Origin: an uncultured Elusimicrobia bacterium
GTDB lineage: Bacteria > Elusimicrobiota > Elusimicrobia > UBA1565 > UBA9628
Direction: 5' to 3'
Assembly (NCBI GenBank): GCA_964623465.1
Contig: CAZURZ010000002.1
Coordinates: 1 to 59,390, forward strand
DNA length: 59,390 nt
The notes beneath the pieces were generated by a model. That model was not told the DNA's origin. It was given only the letters and a program-made list of their open reading frames with translations, and made no database searches. Of this stretch, positions 18,701 through 25,768 are shown piece after piece (position 1 is the stretch's first letter; each line of letters starts with the position of its first letter). Made by a program: the position numbers and the translations under genes.

Positions 18701-18870
18701 TCGCGCAGGCGGGCCTTTTCCGCCGCCTCCATCGCCCGGTAGCGCTCCACGGGCACGCTCCAACGCTCGAGCAGCTCCGGCGTGATCTTGAACGCGGACG
18801 GCGCGGGAACGGCGGCGGGGACCGCGGCGACGGCCAGCGTGGCGGCGCAGACGAGAACGGCTGCGAGCAT
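15712..18870 (-). CDS. large (1052 aa) secreted protein, unknown function
   Basis: Signal peptide MLAAVLVCAATLAVAAVPA. The central region has beta-strand-like alternation and the C-terminal half is helical. TATAAT lies 9 nt upstream of the ATG. No family recognised. Confidence 0.65.
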   Translation of the reverse strand: MLAAVLVCAATLAVAAVPAAVPAPSAFKITPELLERWSVPVERYRAMEAAEKARLRDDLEAGERSRLRRLELIRLIKPQGWEAYVDAKGFLTPDGQRLVEEREAALRARGLAVPVGVDIQRADGKPMGAEDFTRARAVLDGVFDGTAALGERARAGDELVFDARVRNETVRSVTVTNPKTGLSLEVGQLGIDGRSSLLMPSPYVNVTKAVDSDPKSWVDYRVKAQIAYVDLKARFFHDGPDPRVGRLADLAVSLGAPADDVARIRQSLSYDDAYRAQGIVVASLLAQMGRAYHLGGPVDVGWSVTSLTKMMHLAPNQAFDESIGLRIRLPGDELFLGVFGGVMQNISPVGNRVYQELMGEGGVKAGVNLENAPHWTTALWGRVPGVDDARFSVSVGQRYNADTTVTQGEAALMTSVRRVPIAVRASVSRESGPGIEYERDKARLQVDAQLSDRTRAYLAYERDKIQYGNADLNSDAIIAGLTVDLDGKRGANLTVDHLFGGEYETKGQVMRPYLPGATRVVTDAISDGVQAAERATDLVRLIDTGAAAAQIDAGMNALSLALGRLGPEAAGALIDRMSALPLTGEQRAVLADVMLRVAPAASEADRRLRRMISESLGPAMDRFLERARDGATRQELLADLHADAGRAVEVLRLIGDQETWNAVAISAGRRALLTALDETQTVDIPVLDKTISFKTHAPVLLAAFGAFNSRLSPLAPVRAGEAEPWLLRMAADRLDMPDGPVTPEMITARLVALGQERLQDELDRRLAPAIDRLVASGVYDRPRVVSTVFDALPASAADALRARYGADLENLLPPEGASAEQMRRFLSERLGGELSAALGAAFGEAAARAVSEMASWAGELLRREMNMATIQMMLAAEELDRLTVDRGRKAGDFGVEMIASSFRKLDARRRDRMSSGVAAVKRAAIEDFAAGDRVLAARLTALGRARLAELTLDPAWPKGFTIAVADEQWAPLLGAYGDGAFFDMARRMGEARRASGKTAPLTLRLEYDGDERGLGGASIWQEKNGGMRIVLSRPKDQGDAAFRLRNLESYLK

Positions 18871-18938
18871 GTTCCCGTTATTATAACAACGCCGCCGGTT
18901 GCCACTCTGGGCCTCCCGGTCCGGCCGCCCTGGGCCCC

Positions 18939-19559
18939 TTACTCGGCTTTGTCGGTGACGAGCGTCTCCAGGCTTTGCAGATCGCCGTTGATCGCGAAGT
19001 TCTTCGCGTAGTCGATCGTCACCGTGCTGGGCGCGGGATCGGCGGGCGCCTCCCCGAAGGGAACGACGACGGTCTTGCCCGGGGTGACGAGGACGGTCTT
19101 GCCTTGGGCGGTCACCGCGACGGTGTGCCCGAAGCCCGCGTATGTCGTGGCCTTGGTCTCCTTGTCGGCCTTGCCCCAGAACAAGGTGCCGCGCACGGCC
19201 GCCACCGCCGACTGGGTGCGCACGCGGAAGCTCTGGCGTTTCTCGAGCTTCTTCGACAGGCCGATCAAGAACTCGCCGAACTTGAACGAAAGCGTCGTCG
19301 CGCGGGGAGACCCGGTCAGCGTCATCACGCTCTCCTCGCGCAGCAGCACCGCGCCGCGGTCCTTGAGGACGAGGTGCGCGACCCCGCCCTTGCCGACCTT
19401 GATGGTGTCGCCATAGATCAGGCCCTCTCCGCCTTGGGCGGCCACGGCCTTGGCCGCTCCCTGGGCGAGGATGGACACCGGACCGGACATCTTGGCGAGG
19501 GTCGCGTCCTGGGCGGAGGCGGCCGTCGCGGCGAGCGTCAAAACGAGAGCGAGCTTCAT
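18939..19559 (-). CDS. FecR-domain secreted protein
   Basis: ATG at 19559 gives signal peptide MKLALVLTLAATAASA, followed by a FecR-type fold pattern (GD.I.....A.L....G....L...S...L...; VRT....AVRGT.F). Confidence 0.7.
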   Translation of the reverse strand: MKLALVLTLAATAASAQDATLAKMSGPVSILAQGAAKAVAAQGGEGLIYGDTIKVGKGGVAHLVLKDRGAVLLREESVMTLTGSPRATTLSFKFGEFLIGLSKKLEKRQSFRVRTQSAVAAVRGTLFWGKADKETKATTYAGFGHTVAVTAQGKTVLVTPGKTVVVPFGEAPADPAPSTVTIDYAKNFAINGDLQSLETLVTDKAE

Positions 19560-19634
19560 GGTTGTCTCCTGGGCGTCCTGGATGAGTGCCGGAGCGCGCC
19601 GGCTATTACATCGTCTTGACGGAGGCCGTCTTCC

Positions 19635-19666
19635 GTCGTATACTGTATATACGACTAATTTAGTCG
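19635..19666. promoter_or_regulatory. overlapping palindromes in an AT-rich divergent promoter; IscR/Rrf2-type operator candidate
   Basis: GTCGTATA-ctgta-TATACGAC spans 19635-19655 and CGACTAA-t-TTAGTCG spans 19652-19666. The latter contains GACT-AATTT-AGTC, about 26 nt upstream of the HesB/IscA ATG at 19692. Confidence 0.45.
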
Positions 19667-19691
19667 GGTTTCCAGACCCGCGGAGAACGCC

Positions 19692-20015
19692 ATGCTGACC
19701 ATCACCCCGAAGGCCGCCGAGAAGATCACCGATTTCATGAAGTCCGAGGAGAGCGCCGCGGGTAAGTCGCTGCGCCTGCGCGTCGCCGAGTCCGGCTGCG
19801 CCGGCTACGAGTACCGCATCGGCTTCGACGACAAGGCCGCGACGGACAAGGTCCTCCCCCAGGCCGGCTTCGACGTCATCATCGACGAGAAGAGCCTGCA
19901 GTTCGTCGAGAACGCGACGATCGACTACTCCGAGGACGAGACCAGCGCCGGCTTCCGCATCAAGAACCCGCTCGAGAAGGGTTCCTGCGGCTGCGGCAAG
20001 TCCAAGCAGTTCTGA
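19692..20015 (+). CDS. HesB/IscA-family Fe-S cluster insertion protein
   Basis: 107 aa, with Cys in SGCAGYEY and a C-terminal GSCGCG motif. GGAGAA Shine-Dalgarno sequence is present. Confidence 0.85.
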   Translation: MLTITPKAAEKITDFMKSEESAAGKSLRLRVAESGCAGYEYRIGFDDKAATDKVLPQAGFDVIIDEKSLQFVENATIDYSEDETSAGFRIKNPLEKGSCGCGKSKQF

Positions 20016-20019
20016 GCCG

Positions 20020-20340
20020 ATGATCACGCTCACCGAGCGCGCCGCCAAGAAGATCGCCGCGCTGGCCGCCAAGAAGGGCGCGCCGGCGGCCCTGCGCGTG
20101 AAGGTGGGCTCGGGCGGCTGCTCGGGGATGAGCTACGAGTTCTCGGTCGGCGACGAGCCCGGCAAGGACGACCAGGTCCACGAGGCCTTCGGCGCCAAGA
20201 CCATCGTCGATCCCAAGGCGGACTTCTTCATCGGCGGCTCGCAGGTCGACTACGAGGAGACGATGATGAAGTCCGGCTTCGTGGTCAAGAACCCGCAGGC
20301 GACGTCGACCTGCTCCTGCGGCAAGTCGTTCTCGACCTGA
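20020..20340 (+). CDS. HesB/IscA-family Fe-S cluster insertion protein (second paralog)
   Basis: 106 aa, with GGCSGMSY and C-terminal TCSCGKSF. It starts 4 nt after the previous stop. Confidence 0.9.
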   Translation: MITLTERAAKKIAALAAKKGAPAALRVKVGSGGCSGMSYEFSVGDEPGKDDQVHEAFGAKTIVDPKADFFIGGSQVDYEETMMKSGFVVKNPQATSTCSCGKSFST

Positions 20341-20341
20341 T

Positions 20342-20809
20342 TCAGCGCGTCTCGCGCTTGGGGCCGTCGTACGCGTCGAACAGGGCGCGGTGCCCCTTCA
20401 GGGACATCGTTCCCTCGCGCGAGTAGTACTCCGACACCCACTTCAGCAGGAACTCGAGCTTCGAGTCCTGCTCGGCCTTGGAGGCGTACTTCGCCGGCTC
20501 CCAAGGCCGCGCCCGGCAGCGCTCCAGGCAGACCGCCTCGCCGGGGTTCACGAAGACGAGCTCCGGCCTCCAGCGCAGGGACGCCTCGATCAGGTCCGCG
20601 TAGCAGCCCTCGACGATCCAGCCCGGGCCCGCGCAGAACTTCTCGAGGTCGGCGCGCGCGGCGGCCGGGTCGCGCGGAACGGCGATCTTGCCGGGCTCCC
20701 AGGCGATCCGGTCGAGGTCGAGCGAAGGCGCCCCGTGCTTGGCGGAGAGCGCCGCGGCGAGCGTCGACTTGCCCGAACCCGAGTTGCCGATGATCGCGAT
20801 GCGGATCAA
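20342..20809 (-). CDS. P-loop NTPase / nucleotide kinase-like protein (adenylate kinase / topology-modulation family)
   Basis: TTG start gives (M)IRIAIIGNSGSGKSTLA, a Walker A motif. It overlaps the upstream stop as TTGA (20806-20809). Confidence 0.65.
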   Translation of the reverse strand: MIRIAIIGNSGSGKSTLAAALSAKHGAPSLDLDRIAWEPGKIAVPRDPAAARADLEKFCAGPGWIVEGCYADLIEASLRWRPELVFVNPGEAVCLERCRARPWEPAKYASKAEQDSKLEFLLKWVSEYYSREGTMSLKGHRALFDAYDGPKRETR

Positions 20810-21219
20810 AGGCGGTAGAGCATCCAGTAGACGGTCACGCCCGTGACCGAGACGTACAGCCAGATCGGGAACGCCCAGCGCGCGGCGCGCCGGTGCTCCT
20901 CGAAGCGGTCCTTCGCCGCGAGGTAGAGCGTCCGCAGGATCACCGGGAGGACCAGGACGGCCAGGATCGTGTGCGAGAGCAGGATCGAGAAGTAGACGGG
21001 ACGGATCCAGCCCTGCCTCTGGAAGCGCACCGAGCCGACGTGGAAGTGGTAGTAGAGGTAGCAGGCGAGGAACAGCGCCGAGCACAGGAAGGCCGCGACC
21101 ATCGTCCAGCGGTGGGCCTCGCGCTTCCCGGAGCGGATCAGAAACCAGCCCGTGACGAGCAGGGCGGCGGTCGTCGCGTTGAGCGAGGCGTTGAGGGCCG
21201 GGAAGCTCGTCAACTCCAC
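20806..21219 (-). CDS. DUF420-family membrane protein
   Basis: 137 aa with four TM helices and the characteristic N..LN..A..LL..G...I......H...M and H..LA pattern. Confidence 0.75.
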   Translation of the reverse strand: MELTSFPALNASLNATTAALLVTGWFLIRSGKREAHRWTMVAAFLCSALFLACYLYYHFHVGSVRFQRQGWIRPVYFSILLSHTILAVLVLPVILRTLYLAAKDRFEEHRRAARWAFPIWLYVSVTGVTVYWMLYRL

Positions 21220-21220
21220 C

Positions 21221-21628
21221 CTATTCGACCTCTTCGATCTCGACGGCGGCGTGCTTGCCCGAGGTAGGGGCGGGACCGGTGTTGAACCGCGGGTTGTGCT
21301 TTTTCACGAAGGCGCCCGCGATGTCCTTGAGCTCCTCGACGTCCTGGATGTCGGCGGAGGCCACGAAGTCGAAGTAGATGTCGGGCGAGACGGCGAAGAG
21401 CTCCGAGCGGCCGGGCTTGATCTCGTCGCCCATGTGCTTGGCGAGCTCCTCCTGCACCGACGTGCCGGGCATCGCGACGCCGACGTAGAGCACCTGGGGA
21501 TTGCGCTGGGCGTCGAAGGTCACGAACTCGTACACGCCGGGCTTGCGCGGGGCGTGGTCCGGCAGCGCGGCGGGCTTGAAGCGGTAGCAGCGCTCCGACA
21601 TGGCGACGCGGAATTTTCTCACGGACAT
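21221..21628 (-). CDS. hypothetical protein
   Basis: 135-aa ORF packed between the chlorite-dismutase-family and DUF420 genes (1-nt and 16-nt gaps). GVYEF...VLYVG is only faintly GIY-YIG-like. Confidence 0.5.
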   Translation of the reverse strand: MSVRKFRVAMSERCYRFKPAALPDHAPRKPGVYEFVTFDAQRNPQVLYVGVAMPGTSVQEELAKHMGDEIKPGRSELFAVSPDIYFDFVASADIQDVEELKDIAGAFVKKHNPRFNTGPAPTSGKHAAVEIEEVE

Positions 21629-21644
21629 GGCGGGTCTCCTGACG

Positions 21645-22400
21645 TCAGGCCTTCTGCGGGGTGCGCCACACGGCGCGGCCGACGAAGAACGGCCCCAGGT
21701 TCTCGATGTACTGCGAGGTCTGGACCGTGGGGCGCATCGCCTCGACGAGCTGGGAGAGCGGCGCGAGCTCCTTGCCGATCAGGCCGATGACGAAGTCGTT
21801 GTCGTTCTTGTCGAGGCCGTGGCAGGCCAGGCGGACGTCGGAGGCGTGTCCGGCGTCGCCGAACTGGCGGCCGATGATGCCGTGCTCCTTGAGGATCTGG
21901 CCCTGCTCGGCGCGCGGCAGGCGCGCGAAGGCGCCGCTGCGGCGCAGCGGGTACCAGACCGCCCAGGGCGTCGCGGGATCCATCGTCACGCGGCGCGACC
22001 GGTGGAGCAGCCAGTCCTCGAGCTTCGGCTCGTAGCCGAGCGCGTACGTCCGTCCGAGCATGGAGAACTCGGGCTTGATCGTCAGGTCCTTGAAGGGGCC
22101 GGCGGAGAGGTCGCGGCGCAGCTTGGTCACGAACAGGGCGGGATCCTCCGTCATCGCGAGCACGGCGACTCCCGTCGGGTCGTTGACCTCCTCATAGAGG
22201 ACGCAGTCCACGCCGCAGCCGATCAGGCCGTTGATCAGGGACTGGGCGTCGCGGCAGCCGGAGAACGCCGTCAGCTGCATGAACAGGCGCCGGTCGGAGT
22301 ACTGGGTGACGCCGTCCTTGGGGCCGCCCTTCTCGCGAAGGTCGAGGGGCGCGGCTTCGGACGCGGCTTGCGGCGCGGCGGGCTGGTGGGGGTGGCTCAC
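21645..22400 (-). CDS. chlorite dismutase-family protein (HemQ/Cld-like)
   Basis: 251 aa, with WAVWYPLRR, LKEHGIIG and DFVIGL patterns typical of the family. Confidence 0.75.
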   Translation of the reverse strand: MSHPHQPAAPQAASEAAPLDLREKGGPKDGVTQYSDRRLFMQLTAFSGCRDAQSLINGLIGCGVDCVLYEEVNDPTGVAVLAMTEDPALFVTKLRRDLSAGPFKDLTIKPEFSMLGRTYALGYEPKLEDWLLHRSRRVTMDPATPWAVWYPLRRSGAFARLPRAEQGQILKEHGIIGRQFGDAGHASDVRLACHGLDKNDNDFVIGLIGKELAPLSQLVEAMRPTVQTSQYIENLGPFFVGRAVWRTPQKA

Positions 22401-22409
22401 GAGGGGATT

Positions 22410-23117
22410 TTACTTCTTCCCGTCGCGGCGTGTCGAGGCTTCGTCCTTGGCGAGCTTGGCCAGCGCGGCTTTGGCGTCGTTCTCGACGGAGGAGCCCTTC
22501 GGAGCCAACGCGAGGGCGCGCTTCCACTCGGTCCGAGCCCTCTCCAAGTCGCCCCTCTGGAAGTGGATCATGCCGGTGAAGTACGCCTGCGTGGCAAGAT
22601 GCTCGTCCTTGGGCTCCTCGGCCGTCTTGAGCGCCTTGGGCGCGCCGTCTCCCGTCATCGGAGCCTCGCCGTAGAGCACGGCGATCCGCTCCAGCCCGGC
22701 CGCGGCGTCCTTCGCCGCGTCGGAACCGGCCGGCGCGAGCGCTTTGGCCTCGGCCCAGCGCGCGCGCGCCTTCTCGTAGTCGCCCTTCTGGAAGTAGATC
22801 ACGCCCTCCAGGTACTTCTGCTGGGCGTCGCGCTCGGCCGAGGGCGGCGCCTGGGTGACCGGCGGCGCGGGCTCGTCGGCCTTGTCCTCCGGCGGGACCG
22901 GGCGCGCCGGCCCGGCGTCGAGAGCCGAGAGGCCGAACTCGCAGAAGTCGTTCTTCGCGTCGAGCTCCAGGCAGGCCGTCCACTCCCGGCGGGCGTCCTC
23001 GCCGCGGCCGGCGCGGAAATGATCGTAGCCGGCCATGAAGTGGGCGTCGGCGGCGCGGTTCGGGGAGATCTGGGCGGAAGCGGCCGGAGCCAGGGCGAGG
23101 AGGACGGACAGGATCAT
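22410..23117 (-). CDS. TPR-repeat secreted protein
   Basis: Signal peptide MILSVLLALAPAASA, and repeated A..YF.G...F..GD...A...W..AL.L motifs. Confidence 0.75.
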   Translation of the reverse strand: MILSVLLALAPAASAQISPNRAADAHFMAGYDHFRAGRGEDARREWTACLELDAKNDFCEFGLSALDAGPARPVPPEDKADEPAPPVTQAPPSAERDAQQKYLEGVIYFQKGDYEKARARWAEAKALAPAGSDAAKDAAAGLERIAVLYGEAPMTGDGAPKALKTAEEPKDEHLATQAYFTGMIHFQRGDLERARTEWKRALALAPKGSSVENDAKAALAKLAKDEASTRRDGKK

Positions 23118-23155
23118 GGCGACAGGGTAGCCCCCGGCCGTTACGGAATCAAGGC

Positions 23156-23743
23156 TCAGTTCGGAAAGAGCTTGTCGATCGCCGAGACGAGCTCGGCCAT
23201 CTCGAAGGGCTTCTGGAGGAAGCGGTCGCAGTTCTTCTTCAGGAAATCCTGCTGGGACGCGCTGAGCTTCTTGCCGAAGATGGCGATGATCTTCATCTCC
23301 TTGGTCGCCGGGTTCGACTTGAGGATCTGGCAGACCTGGAAGCCGTCCATCACGGGCATAAGCAGGTCCAGCACCAGGAGATGCGGCAGCTTCTTGCCGA
23401 TCATGACCAAGGCGTCCACGGGATTATTGGCCACGGCCACCGCGTAGCGGTCCTTGTGCTTCTGGAAGCCCTTCTCGAGCAGCTTGGTCATCATCGGCTC
23501 GTCATCGAGGATGAGGATGTGCTTGTGCATGTCCTCGATGTCGGCGGGCACCGGCATCTCGTACCTCTTCATGAAGGCGATCAGCTCGGAGATCGGGATG
23601 CGGCGGTGGCCGCCGGGCGTGACGCGCGCCTTCAGCTTCCCCTTGTTGACCCAATTGATGACGGTCGTGTGGAACACGCCGCACAGGCGCGCGACTTCGA
23701 AGGTGGTGAAGGTCTTCTCGCCGAACTCGCCGGTGGTGGACAT
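23156..23743 (-). CDS. response regulator with N-terminal excisionase/MerR-type HTH domain
   Basis: HTH segment FTTFEVARLCGVFHTTVINWVNKGKLKA..TPGGHRRIP, then a receiver domain (ILILDDEP ... LLVLDLLMPVMDG ... K). Confidence 0.8.
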   Translation of the reverse strand: MSTTGEFGEKTFTTFEVARLCGVFHTTVINWVNKGKLKARVTPGGHRRIPISELIAFMKRYEMPVPADIEDMHKHILILDDEPMMTKLLEKGFQKHKDRYAVAVANNPVDALVMIGKKLPHLLVLDLLMPVMDGFQVCQILKSNPATKEMKIIAIFGKKLSASQQDFLKKNCDRFLQKPFEMAELVSAIDKLFPN

Positions 23744-23837
23744 TCGCGGATGGTAATAATTTTCCCCCGCCTCGACAATAGAGCGAAGGGCCCTTGTAAC
23801 TAAGGTATTTGAGCCGGAGGGACCGCAGGACGGCGCC

Positions 23838-24635
23838 TCAGCCGAGCTTGCGCTCCCAGTCGTAGATGCGGTTGCGGACCTTCTCCGCGTCGGGAGCCCC
23901 GGGCGACAGCAGCAGGTACTTCTTCATCTCCGCGATCGCCATGCGGTAGTCCTCGATCTCGGCGAGCACCAGCGCGAAGTTGTAGCGGCCGGCGGCCCAC
24001 GCGGGCGCGGCCTTCAAGGCGAGGTCGTAGTACTCAGCGGCCTCCTCGAAATCCTTCTCGCGCAGGGCGCCTTCGGCCTGGGCCTTCAGCCTCCGGAACG
24101 CCTCCTCCGAGTCGGACGGCGTCTTGGCCGCCTTGTAGGCGGCCACCTCCTTCTCCAGGTCGGCGTCGGACTTGGACAGCGCCGCGTTGCGCTCGGCCGC
24201 GTCGCGGGACAAAACCAGGAATGCGTCGGCGAAGCCGTGCGCCGTCGCCTCCGGGATGCCGCCTCGAACGGTGATATAGGCGGTTCTTTTTCCTTCTTTC
24301 GGATGGTAGACGCGCAAGTACAGATCCCAATATGAGCCGTGGACATTCGGCTGGAACCGGGAATACGGCCGGAGGTCGTGCAACGGCACTTCGACCACGT
24401 TGCCCCGGCGATGAGTCACCTTGACTTTCGAGAAGCTGATCGCGATTTTAGCCGCATCATGGTCCGAACGATAGCCGTTCGCGACCACCTCGGGAATGAA
24501 AGTCTTCCTGAGGACTTTACGGGCCTCCGCGGGCGTCATCGTGAGGCCCTCGGGTTTCGGCCTATAGGTCGTGATGCATGAGCTCAACTGCAGAGCGATC
24601 ACGGCGGCGACACCTGCGGCGGCGGCGGCTCTCAT
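23838..24635 (-). CDS. lipoprotein with C-terminal TPR-like repeats
   Basis: ATG at 24635 (or 24650) gives MRAAAAAGVAAVIALQLSSC, which includes a lipobox. The C-terminus resembles TPR (FEEAAEYYDLALKAAP..A..YNFALVL...EDY..AI.E..KYL). Confidence 0.6.
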   Translation of the reverse strand: MRAAAAAGVAAVIALQLSSCITTYRPKPEGLTMTPAEARKVLRKTFIPEVVANGYRSDHDAAKIAISFSKVKVTHRRGNVVEVPLHDLRPYSRFQPNVHGSYWDLYLRVYHPKEGKRTAYITVRGGIPEATAHGFADAFLVLSRDAAERNAALSKSDADLEKEVAAYKAAKTPSDSEEAFRRLKAQAEGALREKDFEEAAEYYDLALKAAPAWAAGRYNFALVLAEIEDYRMAIAEMKKYLLLSPGAPDAEKVRNRIYDWERKLG

Positions 24636-24646
24636 CGGTCGTCCTC

Positions 24647-25486
24647 TCATTTGCTGATGTAACCGCGGCCGAACTCTTGGACCCATTCGGTGCGGCAGGG
24701 GCCCTTCGCCCGCGGATCGGCGCTTCCTTCGCCGAGGTTGAGCTTGTCGAGCTTCGCCTTCCGGCCGGCCAGGAACGCGTCGCGCATCTTGAGCGTCCGC
24801 TTCTTCTCGCCGGACGCGAATCCCATCTTGTAGTCCCTGAAGCAGTCGCCCTGCTCGTCGACGGGGTACTCGTGGCAGTAAGGTCCGCCTTTCGACGTAA
24901 AACACCCGTAGGCGTCGTCCTCACCGCGCGTAAACGCGTGGCTCGGAGCCCGCTTGAGCTCGGACCTGCTTTTCTTGTCGTTCGGAAGCTTGAAGCTGCC
25001 CTCTGCCTCGTCGAGCTTGAAGTCGAGCTCCGAGGAATCGAGGCCGGAATCCTTGAGATCTCCCTTCAGCTCGTCAAGCCGCTCCCCCCGCCGCTCGAGC
25101 TCCTCTTTTTCCCGCTCCTTGCGGCGGGCGGCGTCCTCGGCGTCCCGCTGCCGCCGGGCGCGGCTCTCCTGGTCCAGTTGGCCCGCCAAACCCTGCATCG
25201 CGCCGAAAATCTGCCCGGTCTGCGCGTTCGCGTCGCTGGACGGGGACTTGCCGGGAGCCGCCGCTCCGGAGGACTTGCCGGGCTTGGGCGCCTCTTTAAA
25301 GCGGCACCAGCTGCCCGTCCGGGAATACTCGAACGTACCGCCCTTGCAGCGGCACCAGGACTTGTAGGTCTCCATCCCCGCCGAGTTGGTGACGCTCGGC
25401 TCGGGACCGCAGGCGCCCGCCGGAACGCGCAGCGCGGCGAAGACGGCCAGCGCGCCGGAGAGCCTCGCGGCTCGGAAAGCTTTCAT
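24647..25486 (-). CDS. hypothetical secreted/lipoprotein with central charged coiled-coil and Cys-rich ends
   Basis: Signal peptide or lipobox (ALRVPAGAC), a central ERRGERLDELKGDLK-type charged helix, and Cys pairs at both ends. Confidence 0.55.
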   Translation of the reverse strand: MKAFRAARLSGALAVFAALRVPAGACGPEPSVTNSAGMETYKSWCRCKGGTFEYSRTGSWCRFKEAPKPGKSSGAAAPGKSPSSDANAQTGQIFGAMQGLAGQLDQESRARRQRDAEDAARRKEREKEELERRGERLDELKGDLKDSGLDSSELDFKLDEAEGSFKLPNDKKSRSELKRAPSHAFTRGEDDAYGCFTSKGGPYCHEYPVDEQGDCFRDYKMGFASGEKKRTLKMRDAFLAGRKAKLDKLNLGEGSADPRAKGPCRTEWVQEFGRGYISK

Positions 25487-25544
25487 ATCGACTGATACTA
25501 TATAAATGATATCCCCGTCTGTGAATGCACGCGTGCGCGGCTGT

Positions 25545-25734
25545 GAGGATGTGCTTGTGCATGTCCTCGATGTCGGAGGGCGCCGGTATCTCGTACTTCT
25601 TCATGAACGCGACGAGCTCGGAGATCGGGATGCGGCGGTGGCCGCCGGGGGTCACGCGCGCCCTCAGCTTGCCTTGTTGACCCAGTTGAGGATGGCAATA
25701 ATTTTTTGAACGGCAACAATAGAGCGAAGGGGCC
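25545..25734 (-). pseudogene. truncated, frameshifted duplicate of the 5' part and promoter region of the HTH-response-regulator gene at 23156..23743
   Basis: 25545-25689 aligns with 23513-23658 (roughly nine of ten positions identical by eye, with one 1-nt indel). It encodes TPGGHRRIPISELVAFMKKYEIPAPSDIEDMHKHIL. About 88 bp carrying the HTH N-terminus and start codon is missing. GATGGcAATAATTTT and ACAATAGAGCGAAGGG match 23748-23790. Confidence 0.65.
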
Positions 25735-25768
25735 GCACAATTAAACCGCCTAAGCCGCCGGCGCCCGG

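Noticed and set aside
21221-21628. GIY-YIG nuclease call for the 135-aa orphan
   Set aside because: Only a GVYEF...VLYVG resemblance is present. The downstream Arg/Glu/Asn catalytic positions cannot be identified by eye.
21600-23447. 615-aa plus-strand ORF across the Cld-family, TPR and response-regulator genes
   Set aside because: It is antisense to three well-supported minus-strand genes and gives a low-complexity translation.
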